Origin: Candidatus Wildermuthbacteria bacterium
GTDB taxonomy: Bacteria; Patescibacteriota; Minisyncoccia; Minisyncoccales; UBA10102
NCBI GenBank assembly: GCA_016181405.1
Contig: JACOZJ010000005.1
Location: 25,309 to 89,308, forward strand
DNA length: 64,000 nucleotides
Direction of reading: 5' to 3'
The notes beneath the pieces are model-generated. The model had not been told where the DNA came from and ran no database searches. It saw only the letters and a list, made by a program, of their open reading frames with translations. Below, piece by piece: positions 9,199-18,090 of the stretch (position 1 is its first letter; each line of letters starts with the position of its first letter). The position numbers and the translations under genes are program-made.

Positions 9199-9225
9199 CG
9201 TGTGGAAGGGATGTGAATGTCCCCG

Positions 9226-9261
9226 GGCGGCACAGAAGTTTTCTGTGCCGCCTTCTTTGTT
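9226..9261 (+). terminator. rho-independent terminator
   Basis: Perfect 12-bp stem GGCGGCACAGAA / TTCTGTGCCGCC, 3-nt loop, then a T-rich tail. Confidence 0.75.
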
Positions 9262-9262
9262 C

Positions 9263-9290
9263 TTGACAACGAAAAAAGAATCAGTATAAT
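9263..9290 (+). promoter_or_regulatory. consensus sigma-70 promoter (TTGACA-16-TATAAT) for rnc
   Basis: TTGACA at 9263-9268 and TATAAT at 9285-9290. An SD (AAGGAG) lies before the ATG at 9332. Confidence 0.55.
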
Positions 9291-9331
9291 GATACAAGTC
9301 TGAACCTTGACATCCAAGAAGGAGTGAAGGA

Positions 9332-10033
9332 ATGGCCGAGTTGAATGAGTTAGAGCAGAGAATTGGGGTTTCTTTCGAAAGGAAAGAACTCCTCCAGCAA
9401 GCACTGACACATCGTTCATACCTCAATGAAGATAGAAGATGGTCAGTTGGTCACAACGAACGACTAGAATTTCTCGGCGACACGGTAGTTGACATGCTGG
9501 TGGCCCACTATCTCTTCCAACACTTTCCAGAAAAGACTGAGGGAATGCTCTCGAGAGCAAAGAGTAACATCGTCAGCAACATAAACCTGGGAAGGGTTGG
9601 GAAGAAGCTTGGCTTACTGGATCATCTCAAGATAGCCCGAGGTACGCGGGCAGAGCCTCGGAATGCGTTGCACCATATCGCATCCTCAACCTATGAAGCT
9701 CTTATCGGGGCTGTGTATCTGGACCGAGGGGTTGAGGCTGCTCGGGGGGTAGTCGAGTCGACACTCTTTGGTACCGAATTGGACGATACCGTAGACCAGC
9801 AGGATCCCAAGGGTCTGCTCCAGCAGCTTACTCAAGCTCAGTGGGGCGTTGCTCCCACATATATTACTATGAAGCTATCAGGAGCTGAACATCGTCCCCG
9901 TTTTGTTGCGCGGGCGTACTTGAAAGGATCTCTTATCGGAGCGGGTGGAGGAACTTCAGAGAAACAGGCAACGGCTGCTGCCGCCCAGGAAGCACTCACC
10001 AATAGAGGTTGGGAACAAAAACTCAGGAGGTAA
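9332..10033 (+). CDS. rnc: ribonuclease III
   Basis: Contains ALTHRSY, the NERLEFLGDTVVDMLVAHYLF catalytic signature, and a C-terminal dsRBD (DPKGLLQQL...GGGTSEKQATAAAAQEAL). Confidence 0.9.
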   Translation: MAELNELEQRIGVSFERKELLQQALTHRSYLNEDRRWSVGHNERLEFLGDTVVDMLVAHYLFQHFPEKTEGMLSRAKSNIVSNINLGRVGKKLGLLDHLKIARGTRAEPRNALHHIASSTYEALIGAVYLDRGVEAARGVVESTLFGTELDDTVDQQDPKGLLQQLTQAQWGVAPTYITMKLSGAEHRPRFVARAYLKGSLIGAGGGTSEKQATAAAAQEALTNRGWEQKLRR

Positions 10034-10036
10034 ATA

Positions 10037-11311
10037 ATGCCAGAATACGAAGATTACCGCGCGCTTTTCCCGGAAAGTGAATATCCAGGACTCAAGGCGC
10101 CAGAGCTCGTTCATGCGGTGATCAGTCGAAAGTTTGGCTGGGCCTTACGGCAAGGGGTTCCTGATGAGGAACTCTTTCAGGAAGGTGTCATTGCCCTTCT
10201 GAACGCGCCGAATTATCCTTCGTTTCCTGCGCCGGAGCGACGAGTCCTCTCCCACTACTGGATGGCTGTGGAGTGGGGGCTTCTTCGCTATCTCCACCAT
10301 GGCGAAGGGAAGGAAGCAGCGTATCGGTACCATGAAATCCCGTTCAGCGAAGCTATTGCAATGATTCTGCCAGAAGGCATCGAGGCCGATGAGCAGGAAG
10401 ACTACCTGGCTTCTCTGGGCGAGCCTCTGTCGGATAGTTGGCGTGAGCCGGAATCCGAGCTAGAGCTCACGGAGCTTATTGATGAGATTATGCGTGTAGC
10501 AAGAACCCATGCCGATACACTCCGATGGGCAAGGGGAAACGAAGGCCAGAAGAAGCTCCGAAAAACCCTTTCCTGGCTAGCCACTGGTTACAACTATACC
10601 GAGGTAGCAGATAAGATCTGGGGAGTAAGCCGGGAACGTGTGCGGCAGTACTTTGGTCAGCTCCGTGCATACCTTGTGGCCGACACATGGTTTATGCTGA
10701 AGTACGGAGAAGAAGTACGGGACAGGCGAGGTACCCCGCGCGCTCGCCGAGATTCCCGGGCAATACTCGAACAAGAAGGTCAGACGGCTGCGCGGATCTC
10801 TCCGCCGAGAGAGAAACGCCGGACTCTCCGTCCTCGAATTCTGATGCCTGCAGCAGAAGAACTGCTTGCTGGCATTGAACGTTCAACGGTTCCCGAGATG
10901 GCTGCGGCCTACGGTATCGATGCCCAGACAATGCGCAACTGGCTTCGGGCAATCGGCGCAGGCCGCGTGTGCCAAAAGTGCGGGGAGACATTCACTGGAC
11001 CTCGCGCAACCACGCGGTACACTGGACATATGGCCTCTCACAGATTTCGGGAACGGCATCCCCAGCGTGCTACTTCCTCAACTACAAGGGAGCAACGGAT
11101 AGCGCCACTCTCAGAGGCAGAACCGATCTGGGAAGTTGCGCTTCAGGCCTTCGAAGGCGAACGTCTGTTGTTGCTTCTGGAGCGAGAAGGAGCTAATGGT
11201 GACAAAGTACTTTTGAGGAGCGTTAAACAGAGAATGGTGCTCCTCGAAGAACGCGAGCACTTCTTGATAAAGGAGGTGTTGGAAAGGGTTGGCGCTCTTC
11301 AGCCAGCTTAG
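10037..11311 (+). CDS. sigma-70-like protein with C-terminal HTH/zinc-ribbon extension
   Basis: LFQEGVIALLNA is region-2-like and YTEVADKIWGVSRERVRQYFGQLRAYL is a region-4-like HTH. Later segments are AAAYGIDAQTMRNWL (second HTH) and CQKCGETF...HMASH. Highly diverged. Confidence 0.45.
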   Translation: MPEYEDYRALFPESEYPGLKAPELVHAVISRKFGWALRQGVPDEELFQEGVIALLNAPNYPSFPAPERRVLSHYWMAVEWGLLRYLHHGEGKEAAYRYHEIPFSEAIAMILPEGIEADEQEDYLASLGEPLSDSWREPESELELTELIDEIMRVARTHADTLRWARGNEGQKKLRKTLSWLATGYNYTEVADKIWGVSRERVRQYFGQLRAYLVADTWFMLKYGEEVRDRRGTPRARRDSRAILEQEGQTAARISPPREKRRTLRPRILMPAAEELLAGIERSTVPEMAAAYGIDAQTMRNWLRAIGAGRVCQKCGETFTGPRATTRYTGHMASHRFRERHPQRATSSTTREQRIAPLSEAEPIWEVALQAFEGERLLLLLEREGANGDKVLLRSVKQRMVLLEEREHFLIKEVLERVGALQPA

Positions 11312-11332
11312 TGCAAGCAACGTACCAATAAG

Positions 11333-11366
11333 GGCCGAGATGGTAACATCTCGGCCTCCTTCTTTT
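11333..11366 (+). terminator. rho-independent terminator
   Basis: GGCCGAGATG-GTAA-CATCTCGGCC followed by TCCTTCTTTT. Confidence 0.7.
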
Positions 11367-11528
11367 ATACATTCCAAAATTTGGCCAGGAGTGGCTTTTG
11401 CACTACGCGCAAGCGCACCCGTGGGGTTGGATTCGCGATACGTTTCTGCCGTTTATCATCCGGCGATAATGCTTCTCATGTTGTAAGAAGCCCTGAAAAT
11501 GGCTAGTAAGGCCGCCGGAAGGGCTTTT

Positions 11529-11567
11529 TGCTTGGCTGTGCTGGGACAGTCCCAGCACAGCCAAGCA
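11529..11567. repeat. perfect 18-bp-arm palindrome at the junction of the two accessory islands
   Basis: TGCTTGGCTGTGCTGGGA-cag-TCCCAGCACAGCCAAGCA, read directly from the sequence. Confidence 0.85.
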
Positions 11568-11696
11568 CAGTTCTTTACTTTACCCTGAGTTTCTCGAAGG
11601 GTGGAAAAATAAGGGGAAAAGTTGTATGGTGAAGTAATTTATGGATCTCTCAGAAAACGAAAAGCACGATGAAAAGATTATGCCAAGGAAATCGTT

Positions 11697-12380
11697 ATGA
11701 ACGAGATTATTTACATCCTCACAAACGAAGCAATGCCCGGATATGTCAAAATCGGGAAAACAGCTAATTCAGTCGAGCAGCGCATACTTGAATTGTCGCG
11801 CTCATCTGCCGTACCGATGCCTTTTGAATGTTACTACGCGGCAAGGGTCAAAGATATGGGCCAAGTAGAAAAGGCATTCCACGACGCCTTCGGCGACTAC
11901 CGAATAAATCCGAGAAGAGAATTTTTTAATGTGGCTCCCGAAAAAGTAGTTGCCATTCTCAAGCTACTCGCATTAGAAGAAGTTACCCCCGGTAGAAATG
12001 TAGGTATTGAGACAAAAGAGGATGCAATTGCTATCGAGAGGGCAAGAAAGAAACGGTCAGCTTTCAATTTTAAAATGGTAGATATCCCAGCCGGAGCGGA
12101 ACTTAAATTTATCCGCGACGAAAAGATCATATGTGTGGTAGCTCCAGACCAGAAACACGTTGTATTCAATGGTCAAGAGATGTCCTCCTCCGAAGCGGCC
12201 GCATTGGCGTTAGGCAGTAAGTGGTGGCCTCAAGGTCCCGGCTACTGGACTTATAATGGGGAAACTTTGGATGATCGTCGTTTGCGCATGGAAGAAGGTG
12301 ATGAACCCACTCCGGAAGAAATAGAAGCGGCCGGAGATGCTTGGATGCAACAGCAAGCTGATATAGAAAGAGGAAAATAA
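11697..12380 (+). CDS. T5orf172 (MUG113)/GIY-YIG-like domain protein with DUF4357-like C-terminus
   Basis: IYILTNEAMPGYVKIGKTANSVEQRILEL...PFECYYA...VEKAFHDAF...REFF matches the T5orf172 pattern. The C-terminus ...SSSEAAALALG...W... resembles DUF4357. Confidence 0.65.
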   Translation: MNEIIYILTNEAMPGYVKIGKTANSVEQRILELSRSSAVPMPFECYYAARVKDMGQVEKAFHDAFGDYRINPRREFFNVAPEKVVAILKLLALEEVTPGRNVGIETKEDAIAIERARKKRSAFNFKMVDIPAGAELKFIRDEKIICVVAPDQKHVVFNGQEMSSSEAAALALGSKWWPQGPGYWTYNGETLDDRRLRMEEGDEPTPEEIEAAGDAWMQQQADIERGK

Positions 12381-12384
12381 TTTT

Positions 12385-12783
12385 ATGGCAATTTTTGAAG
12401 AACTAAAGTCTATTGGAAAGGTACTTCAGGAAGCTGGCAAGATTGAGCAATATCAGCAGATTTTAGGTTTGCAACAGCAGGTTTTGGATATGCAGAAGAA
12501 AATAGATGATCTAGAGACAGAGAAAAAAGAATTGGGGAGCAAGCTTCAACTTCAAAATAGTTTAGTCTATGAAAATAATGCATATTGGATAAAACAAGAA
12601 AATAAAAAAGATGGACCCTTCTGTTCTCGTTGTTGGGACGTGGAGAAGAATGCAGTGAGAATAAAACAGGGAGTCAACAACCCCTCTTTTCACACATGTC
12701 CAGAATGCGAGACACAAGTTCAGACGGATCCTGGTTTTCGCCCTATGTTTACAAGTAGAAAACCACCAATGTCATACCTATAA
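12385..12783 (+). CDS. coiled-coil protein with C-terminal CxxC...CxxC zinc ribbon
   Basis: 132 aa. The N-terminal half has a heptad-like pattern. The C-terminus has CSRCW...CPEC. It starts 4 nt after the upstream stop. Confidence 0.5.
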   Translation: MAIFEELKSIGKVLQEAGKIEQYQQILGLQQQVLDMQKKIDDLETEKKELGSKLQLQNSLVYENNAYWIKQENKKDGPFCSRCWDVEKNAVRIKQGVNNPSFHTCPECETQVQTDPGFRPMFTSRKPPMSYL

Positions 12784-12788
12784 ATTTT

Positions 12789-14492
12789 ATGGCAACAATA
12801 AATTTTAAGGGAAAAGAAATTGTACGAAATCATCACCTCACGATTCCATATCATGAGCTTGTTCCGGATGCGAAAAAGGGGTTATCAAAGAAGCCGTCGC
12901 TCAATGATAACCTCATTATCCACGGCGATAATTTGCTCGCGCTCAAAGCCCTTTTGCCGACTTATGCCGGAAAAGTGAAGCTCAAAGCCCTTTTGCCGAC
13001 TTATGCCGGAAAAGTGAAGTGCATTTACATTGACCCGCCATATAACACCGGCAATGAAAAATGGGCGTATAACGACAATGTTAATTCGCCGATGATGAAG
13101 GAGTGGCTTGGCAAAGTGGTGGACAAAGACGACCTCACCCGCCATGACAAATGACTTTGTATGATGATGCCGCGGTTAAAACTTCTGCGCGAACTTTTAC
13201 GTGATGATGGTGTGATTTTTGTATCAATAAACGACATTGAGCAACACCACTTGCGGTCGTTAATGGACGAAGTTTTCAATGATGGATTCGTTTCTTCAAT
13301 TGTGCGCCAAACCATTAAAGGAGGCACTGGCCCCTCTGACTCAATAAGACTGACACACGATTACATTCTTGTTTATGCAAAAGATAAAGATGTTGCAGAT
13401 CTTTCTGGATTGACGGCAGAAGCTATTGAATTAAATCAGAGGGATGAAAAAGGACTGTATGCAAAGGGAAGAGAACTAAACAAGTGGGGTGCAGGTTCAA
13501 GGAGAGAAGATTCTCCCTCAATGTGGTTTCCGATTCCGGGTCCAAAAAACGAAGAAGTGTATCCGATTCGAAATGATGGCTCGGAAGGTAGGTGGAGGTG
13601 GGGCAAGAAAAGAATGCTCGAAGCTGTTAAGAACAAAGAGGTGATATACGAGAAGCGGAAAGACGGTACGTACATTGTCTATGAGAAAGTCAGAAGTAAT
13701 GATGGACGAAGTAAGTCGTACCAAAGTTTATTTTTGGATAAGTATACCAATGCGTTAGGAACTGAAGAAATAAAGTCAATTTTTGACGGGAAAGCTATTT
13801 TTGATTATCCAAAGCCAACGGAATTAGTAAAAACTCTCTGTAGAATAGCTAGTGTAGGTGAAGGCGATATTGTTTTAGATTCTTTCGCTGGATCAGGTAC
13901 TACAGCACAAGCGGTCTTATCCTTTATTAAGGAGGAGGAAATAAATATTAAATTTATTCTAGTCCAGTTATCAGAAAAAATTGAGGAGGGTAAACCGGCT
14001 TATAAACTTGGATTTCGCGAAGTCGTTGATATCGCAGCCGAGCGAGTGCGACGGGCGATCAAAGGCATGAAAGGCGCAAAAGACGAGAATTTACGAAAAG
14101 GTTTAGGCGGGTCATTCAGTTACTATAAACTTGGCAAGCCGATTGATACTGAAAGGATTTTGAAAGGAAAGGATTTGCCGACATTCGCCGAGATGGCGCG
14201 CTATATTTTCTATACCGCCACCGGCGAAGAATTTAACGAAAAGAAAGTAAACGAAAAAACCGGCTTGATTGGCGTGAGCAAGGAATATCAAATATATCTG
14301 CTCTACAAGCCGGATATGGAATATCTAAAATCCACTGCGCTGACTTTGGAGCGTGCCGAAACCCTTGGCAAATTTACTGGGAAAAAGCGGCTTGTATTCG
14401 CTCCGGCGAAATATCTGGACCAAGAACATCTCCTGCGTTACCACATTGATTTTGCGCAATTGCCCTTTGAGATATATCAAAAAGCGAAATAA
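12789..14492 (+). pseudogene. mod: Type III R-M DNA methyltransferase (Mod), interrupted by an in-frame TGA
   Basis: GDNLLALKALLPTYAGKVKCIYIDPPYNTGNE (motif IV DPPY), then RHDK-TGA-LCMMMPRLKLLRELLRDDGVIFVSIND. The downstream ORF is in the same frame, and FAGSGTTAQA (motif I) is also present. The TGA at 13152-13154 sits where this family has Trp. Confidence 0.8.
12942..13019 (+). repeat. perfect 39-nt tandem duplication inside mod
   Basis: CTCAAAGCCCTTTTGCCGACTTATGCCGGAAAAGTGAAG occurs twice in tandem and duplicates LKALLPTYAGKVK in frame. Confidence 0.95.
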
Positions 14493-14496
14493 TAAC

Positions 14497-15087
14497 ATGA
14501 AAATTTTAATAAATTTTTACGCAAATGTTTCCGAAGGGTCAGTTAATGACTTGATCAAGTTTATTACCATACAACTTGCACAACAAAATCCTCAAAAACC
14601 TATTGACGAGTTGGTAATACAGATATCCAGTTCTGGTGGATCTTCTGACCACGGATTACTTGCATATAATTTTCTTAAGCAAATAAGCATTCCCAAAACA
14701 ACTATTGGTATGGGGAATGTTGATAGCGCAGCGATTATGATTTTTGCCGCAGGAGATAAAAGATTGGCTATGCCAAGCTGTAGATTCGTTTTACACGAGG
14801 CGATAGCTACTTTAGGTGGTCAATTTAGCCCATCAAAACTTAGTGAGATGGCACGTCTAATTCAAAGAATCACTGATGACTATTCAGAAGTAGTCTCAAA
14901 AGTAACAGGGGAAGAGAAAGCAAGTATATCCGAGGAAGTACGCAAGGGTTCCGTTATGTCTTCTTCAGAAGCCTTGGAGTTAAAATTAGTAACCGAGGTA
15001 CTTGATGGTCCCTATCTCAAAGAAATGAAAGATTTGCAAATACTTTTGATTAATAACCCCAAACAAAATCCTAATCAACAGCCATAG
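14497..15087 (+). CDS. ClpP-fold (S14/SDH-like) serine protease homolog
   Basis: 196 aa from the ATG at 14497; the track ORF starts further upstream inside mod. ISSSGGSSDHGLLAYNFL and GMGNVDSAAIMIFAAG align with ClpP INSPGG... and GQAASMGAFLL (Ser). RFVLHEA aligns with ClpP RVMIHQP (His). Confidence 0.65.
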   Translation: MKILINFYANVSEGSVNDLIKFITIQLAQQNPQKPIDELVIQISSSGGSSDHGLLAYNFLKQISIPKTTIGMGNVDSAAIMIFAAGDKRLAMPSCRFVLHEAIATLGGQFSPSKLSEMARLIQRITDDYSEVVSKVTGEEKASISEEVRKGSVMSSSEALELKLVTEVLDGPYLKEMKDLQILLINNPKQNPNQQP

Positions 15088-15116
15088 TTACCACAAAGGA
15101 AGGCTGAGATCTAGCT

Positions 15117-17683
15117 ATGGAATTAAAAGATTTTCAAAAAACATCGCTTGAACGGATTAAAAAATATCTTGAACTTGTCCACAAAGAGCAAGATGGTGGG
15201 AATATAAACTATGCAAGCATTGCTGCATGGGACAGTTTGAAATCAAGTTTTAACTTAGCCAATGCTTATCAAAAACGAGAAAACGGTCTAAGTAAAGATG
15301 TGCCGAATTTTGTCTTGAAGATACCAACCGGCGGCGGAAAAACATTTTTGGCCGTCAAAACACTTGATGTTATCAACGAAGTTTTTCGCAAAAAGCGAAC
15401 GGGACTTGTTTTGTGGGTAGTGCCGACAACATCAATTTATCGGCAGACCGTGCGCGCCCTGAAGGATAGAAACCATCCCTATCGCCAACATCTTGATATG
15501 GTAAGCGGCGGAAAGACTTTGATTCTGGAAAAATATCAAGGCAAAATTGACCGCTTTACCCCGCTTGATGTGGAAGAAAATTTGGTGGTGTATGTGCTTA
15601 TGTTGCAATCGGCGGCGCGCAATGAGCTGTTGCAAAAGGACTTGCGCATTTTTGCCGATAGCGGAGGATTTACGGAATTTTTCCCGCCGGAAGATCGGCT
15701 TGACCAGCACGAAAAATTGATGGAAAAATATCCAAATTTGGAAACATTCAATGAAGCCGGCGGTATTTGGAAAAGGCAGATAAAAACATCGCTTGGCAAT
15801 TCCTTGCGATTACTTAGCCCCGTGGTGATTTTGGATGAAAGCCAAAAGGCATATTCCGCAAACGCGCAAAGAACTATTTTCGGATTTAATCCATCGGTTG
15901 TTATTGAACTTTCCGCAACTCCATCGGAGGGAAGTAATGTCTTGGTGAATATTACCGGAAGGCAGGTGAACGATGAGGAAATGATCAAGCTTGACCTTCA
16001 TGTTACGCGCAAAGGAAGTTTGGCATGGAAAGATACTTTGTGGGCAAGCGTGAAAAAACGAGAGGAATTGGAAAAAGAAGCCGTCAAGAACGAACAAAAT
16101 ACCGGAATGTATATTCGGCCGATTTGTCTGGTGCGCACGGAGCGGGTTGGCAGAGAACAGCAGGGGCGGGGTTTTATCCACTCTAACGACGTGCGAAATG
16201 AATTGATTAACGGTGGAATACCGGCTGAATATATCGCTATAAAAACGAGTGAAGAAGATGAGCTTAAAGAAATAGACGACATTGGCGGATTGATGTCGAG
16301 AGATTGTCCGGTGCGCTACATCATTACCAAACAAGCGTTGCAGGAGGGTTGGGATTGCGCGTTTGCCTATGTGCTTGCCGTGCTTGATAAAACGCACTCA
16401 AAAACCGCATTAACGCAACTTGTCGGACGAATACTGCGCCAGCCATACGCGAAAAAGACCGGCGTAACATTACTCAATGAGAGTTACGTTTATGCTTTTC
16501 GAGAAGAGGCAAGCGATCTACTGGAAGGGATAAGGAAAGCGTTTGAGGGCGAAGGACTTGGTGATTTGCGCACGCACATCTCGGCTGATGAGGGGTTAGA
16601 CGGGTACAAAAAGGATTTTGAGCTAAAAGAGTACACGGTTCGCAAACGATTTGAAAAAGTGGCTGAACAAATAATTCTTCCGTTTTTTTCTATCAATGAT
16701 CGCGGCAAATGGCGCAAGGTAAGTTATGAAATGGATATTTTAAGAAGGATAGATTGGGACGCCATCAAGTTAGACGCTGTTTATTCCATGTCTTTGACTG
16801 GGCGGGCAGTTCGCGATGACGAGTATGTCGCCCAACTATCCGATGATGTGCGCGAGGTAATAAAAGGGAAAAGGGTGGCACAAAAAGAATCCGGCGGAAT
16901 TGTCATTGATAGCATTTTCATGGCCCAACAATTAGGCGATGTCGTTCCAAATCCGTGGCAGGCATTTCGTTTTGCCGAGATGATTCTATCGGAAATGACA
17001 ACACGCCATAGGATTGAGCTTGTGAGCGAAAACTTCTCTTTTATTATTGAAGAAGCTAAGCGTATCATTTCTGAACAGAGAGACGCATTGGCAGAAAACT
17101 TCTTTAGTGAATTGCTTGGTCAAGGCAAAATTCGCTTTATGGTGGTGAGTAGAGATATTGGATTCAGGTTACCTAAAAAGATCAGTGTGCCGGCAAACAC
17201 AGAGTACTTGCGCCGTCCCGACGGAAGTCCGATGCAAATGAGTTTGTTTGAGTTTGTAGCGAAGGATATGTTCAATGAGGAACTGGAAAAACCGGTAGCG
17301 TATTTTTTGGATGACCAAAGTCGGTTATTTTTTTGGTATCGCAACGAAGTAAAACACGATAACGATTATGGTATTCAGGCATGGAAGAAAGGAAAGATAT
17401 ATCCGGATTTCATTTTCACTGTGACGGATGAAAAAACAAGGATAAGGTGAATAAGGTTTATATTGTAGAGACGAAGGGCGATCAACTGGTTGGAAACCTC
17501 GATACAAAATACAAGGAGTCGGTGTTTGATGTATGTAATCGCTATGCAAAGAAAATGCCGACAGACGCGCTAGATTTGGCCATGAAAGAACGTGAAATTG
17601 AATATGAGGTTATTTATGGAAGGGACTGGGAAAAGAAGTTGAGTGAGTTATTTGCGGAGAAAAATGAGCAGCGCGCTAGATAA
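15117..17683 (+). pseudogene. res: Type III restriction enzyme Res subunit (SF2 helicase + PD-(D/E)XK nuclease), frameshifted
   Basis: PTGGGKT (motif I), ILDESQ (motif II) and QALQEGWDC / GRILRQP (late motifs). The nuclease motif is split: YPDFIF ends ORF1 (15117-17450) and VYIVETKG opens ORF2 (17447-17683) in another frame. An A6 run lies at 17431-17436. Confidence 0.8.
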
Positions 17684-17685
17684 TA

Positions 17686-17880
17686 TTGGCACAAAGCGAT
17701 GTTTTTGAGGCCAGGAAAATTGTCCTTAATTTCACGCCGATTGAGACGCAAAAGGAAATTGTTGAAAAACTGAACGCGGCGCAGGAATACAAAAAAGGCC
17801 TGTTGGAACAAAAAGCAAAACTCCAGGAACTCTTTGACGGCGTTTTATATCGTTCAATGACCGGAGAATTCGATCAATAA
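17686..17880 (+). pseudogene. remnant of a Type I specificity subunit (HsdS) C-terminal conserved region
   Basis: Only 64 aa. ...IETQKEIVEKLNAAQEYKKGLLEQKAKLQELFDGVLYRSMTGEF resembles the HsdS conserved helical spacer/tail. No TRD is present. Confidence 0.5.
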
Positions 17881-18090
17881 AAACCATGCTCGATCCTTTA
17901 CCGATACTTAATAGTTTCTTCTCAGCTCTTTATCAGGGAATCCTAAAGGGGCTTGAGATACTTTTTAGTTTTTTGATCGATAAAATTTTTTAAGAATAAA
18001 ACTCTATGATACAGACGGCGATGGTTACGATAGGAGTTGTGCTGGTGGCGGGGAGTCGCCGACAAGGCGACTTTTTGGTAAAGTAGGCCT

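Noticed and set aside
12942-13019. The direct repeat could be a mini CRISPR-like array.
   Set aside because: It has only two units in perfect tandem with no spacer. It lies inside a methyltransferase reading frame and is in frame.
13152-13154. An in-frame TGA at a Trp position in mod could mean an alternative genetic code (UGA as Trp or Gly, as in code 4 or code 25 lineages).
   Set aside because: TGA terminates several well-conserved genes here at their expected lengths, for example atpA at 29909-29911, the DUF763 gene at 2159-2161 and the PD-(D/E)XK gene at 4610-4612. No other conserved gene needs UGA readthrough. A single nonsense mutation is therefore the more economical explanation.
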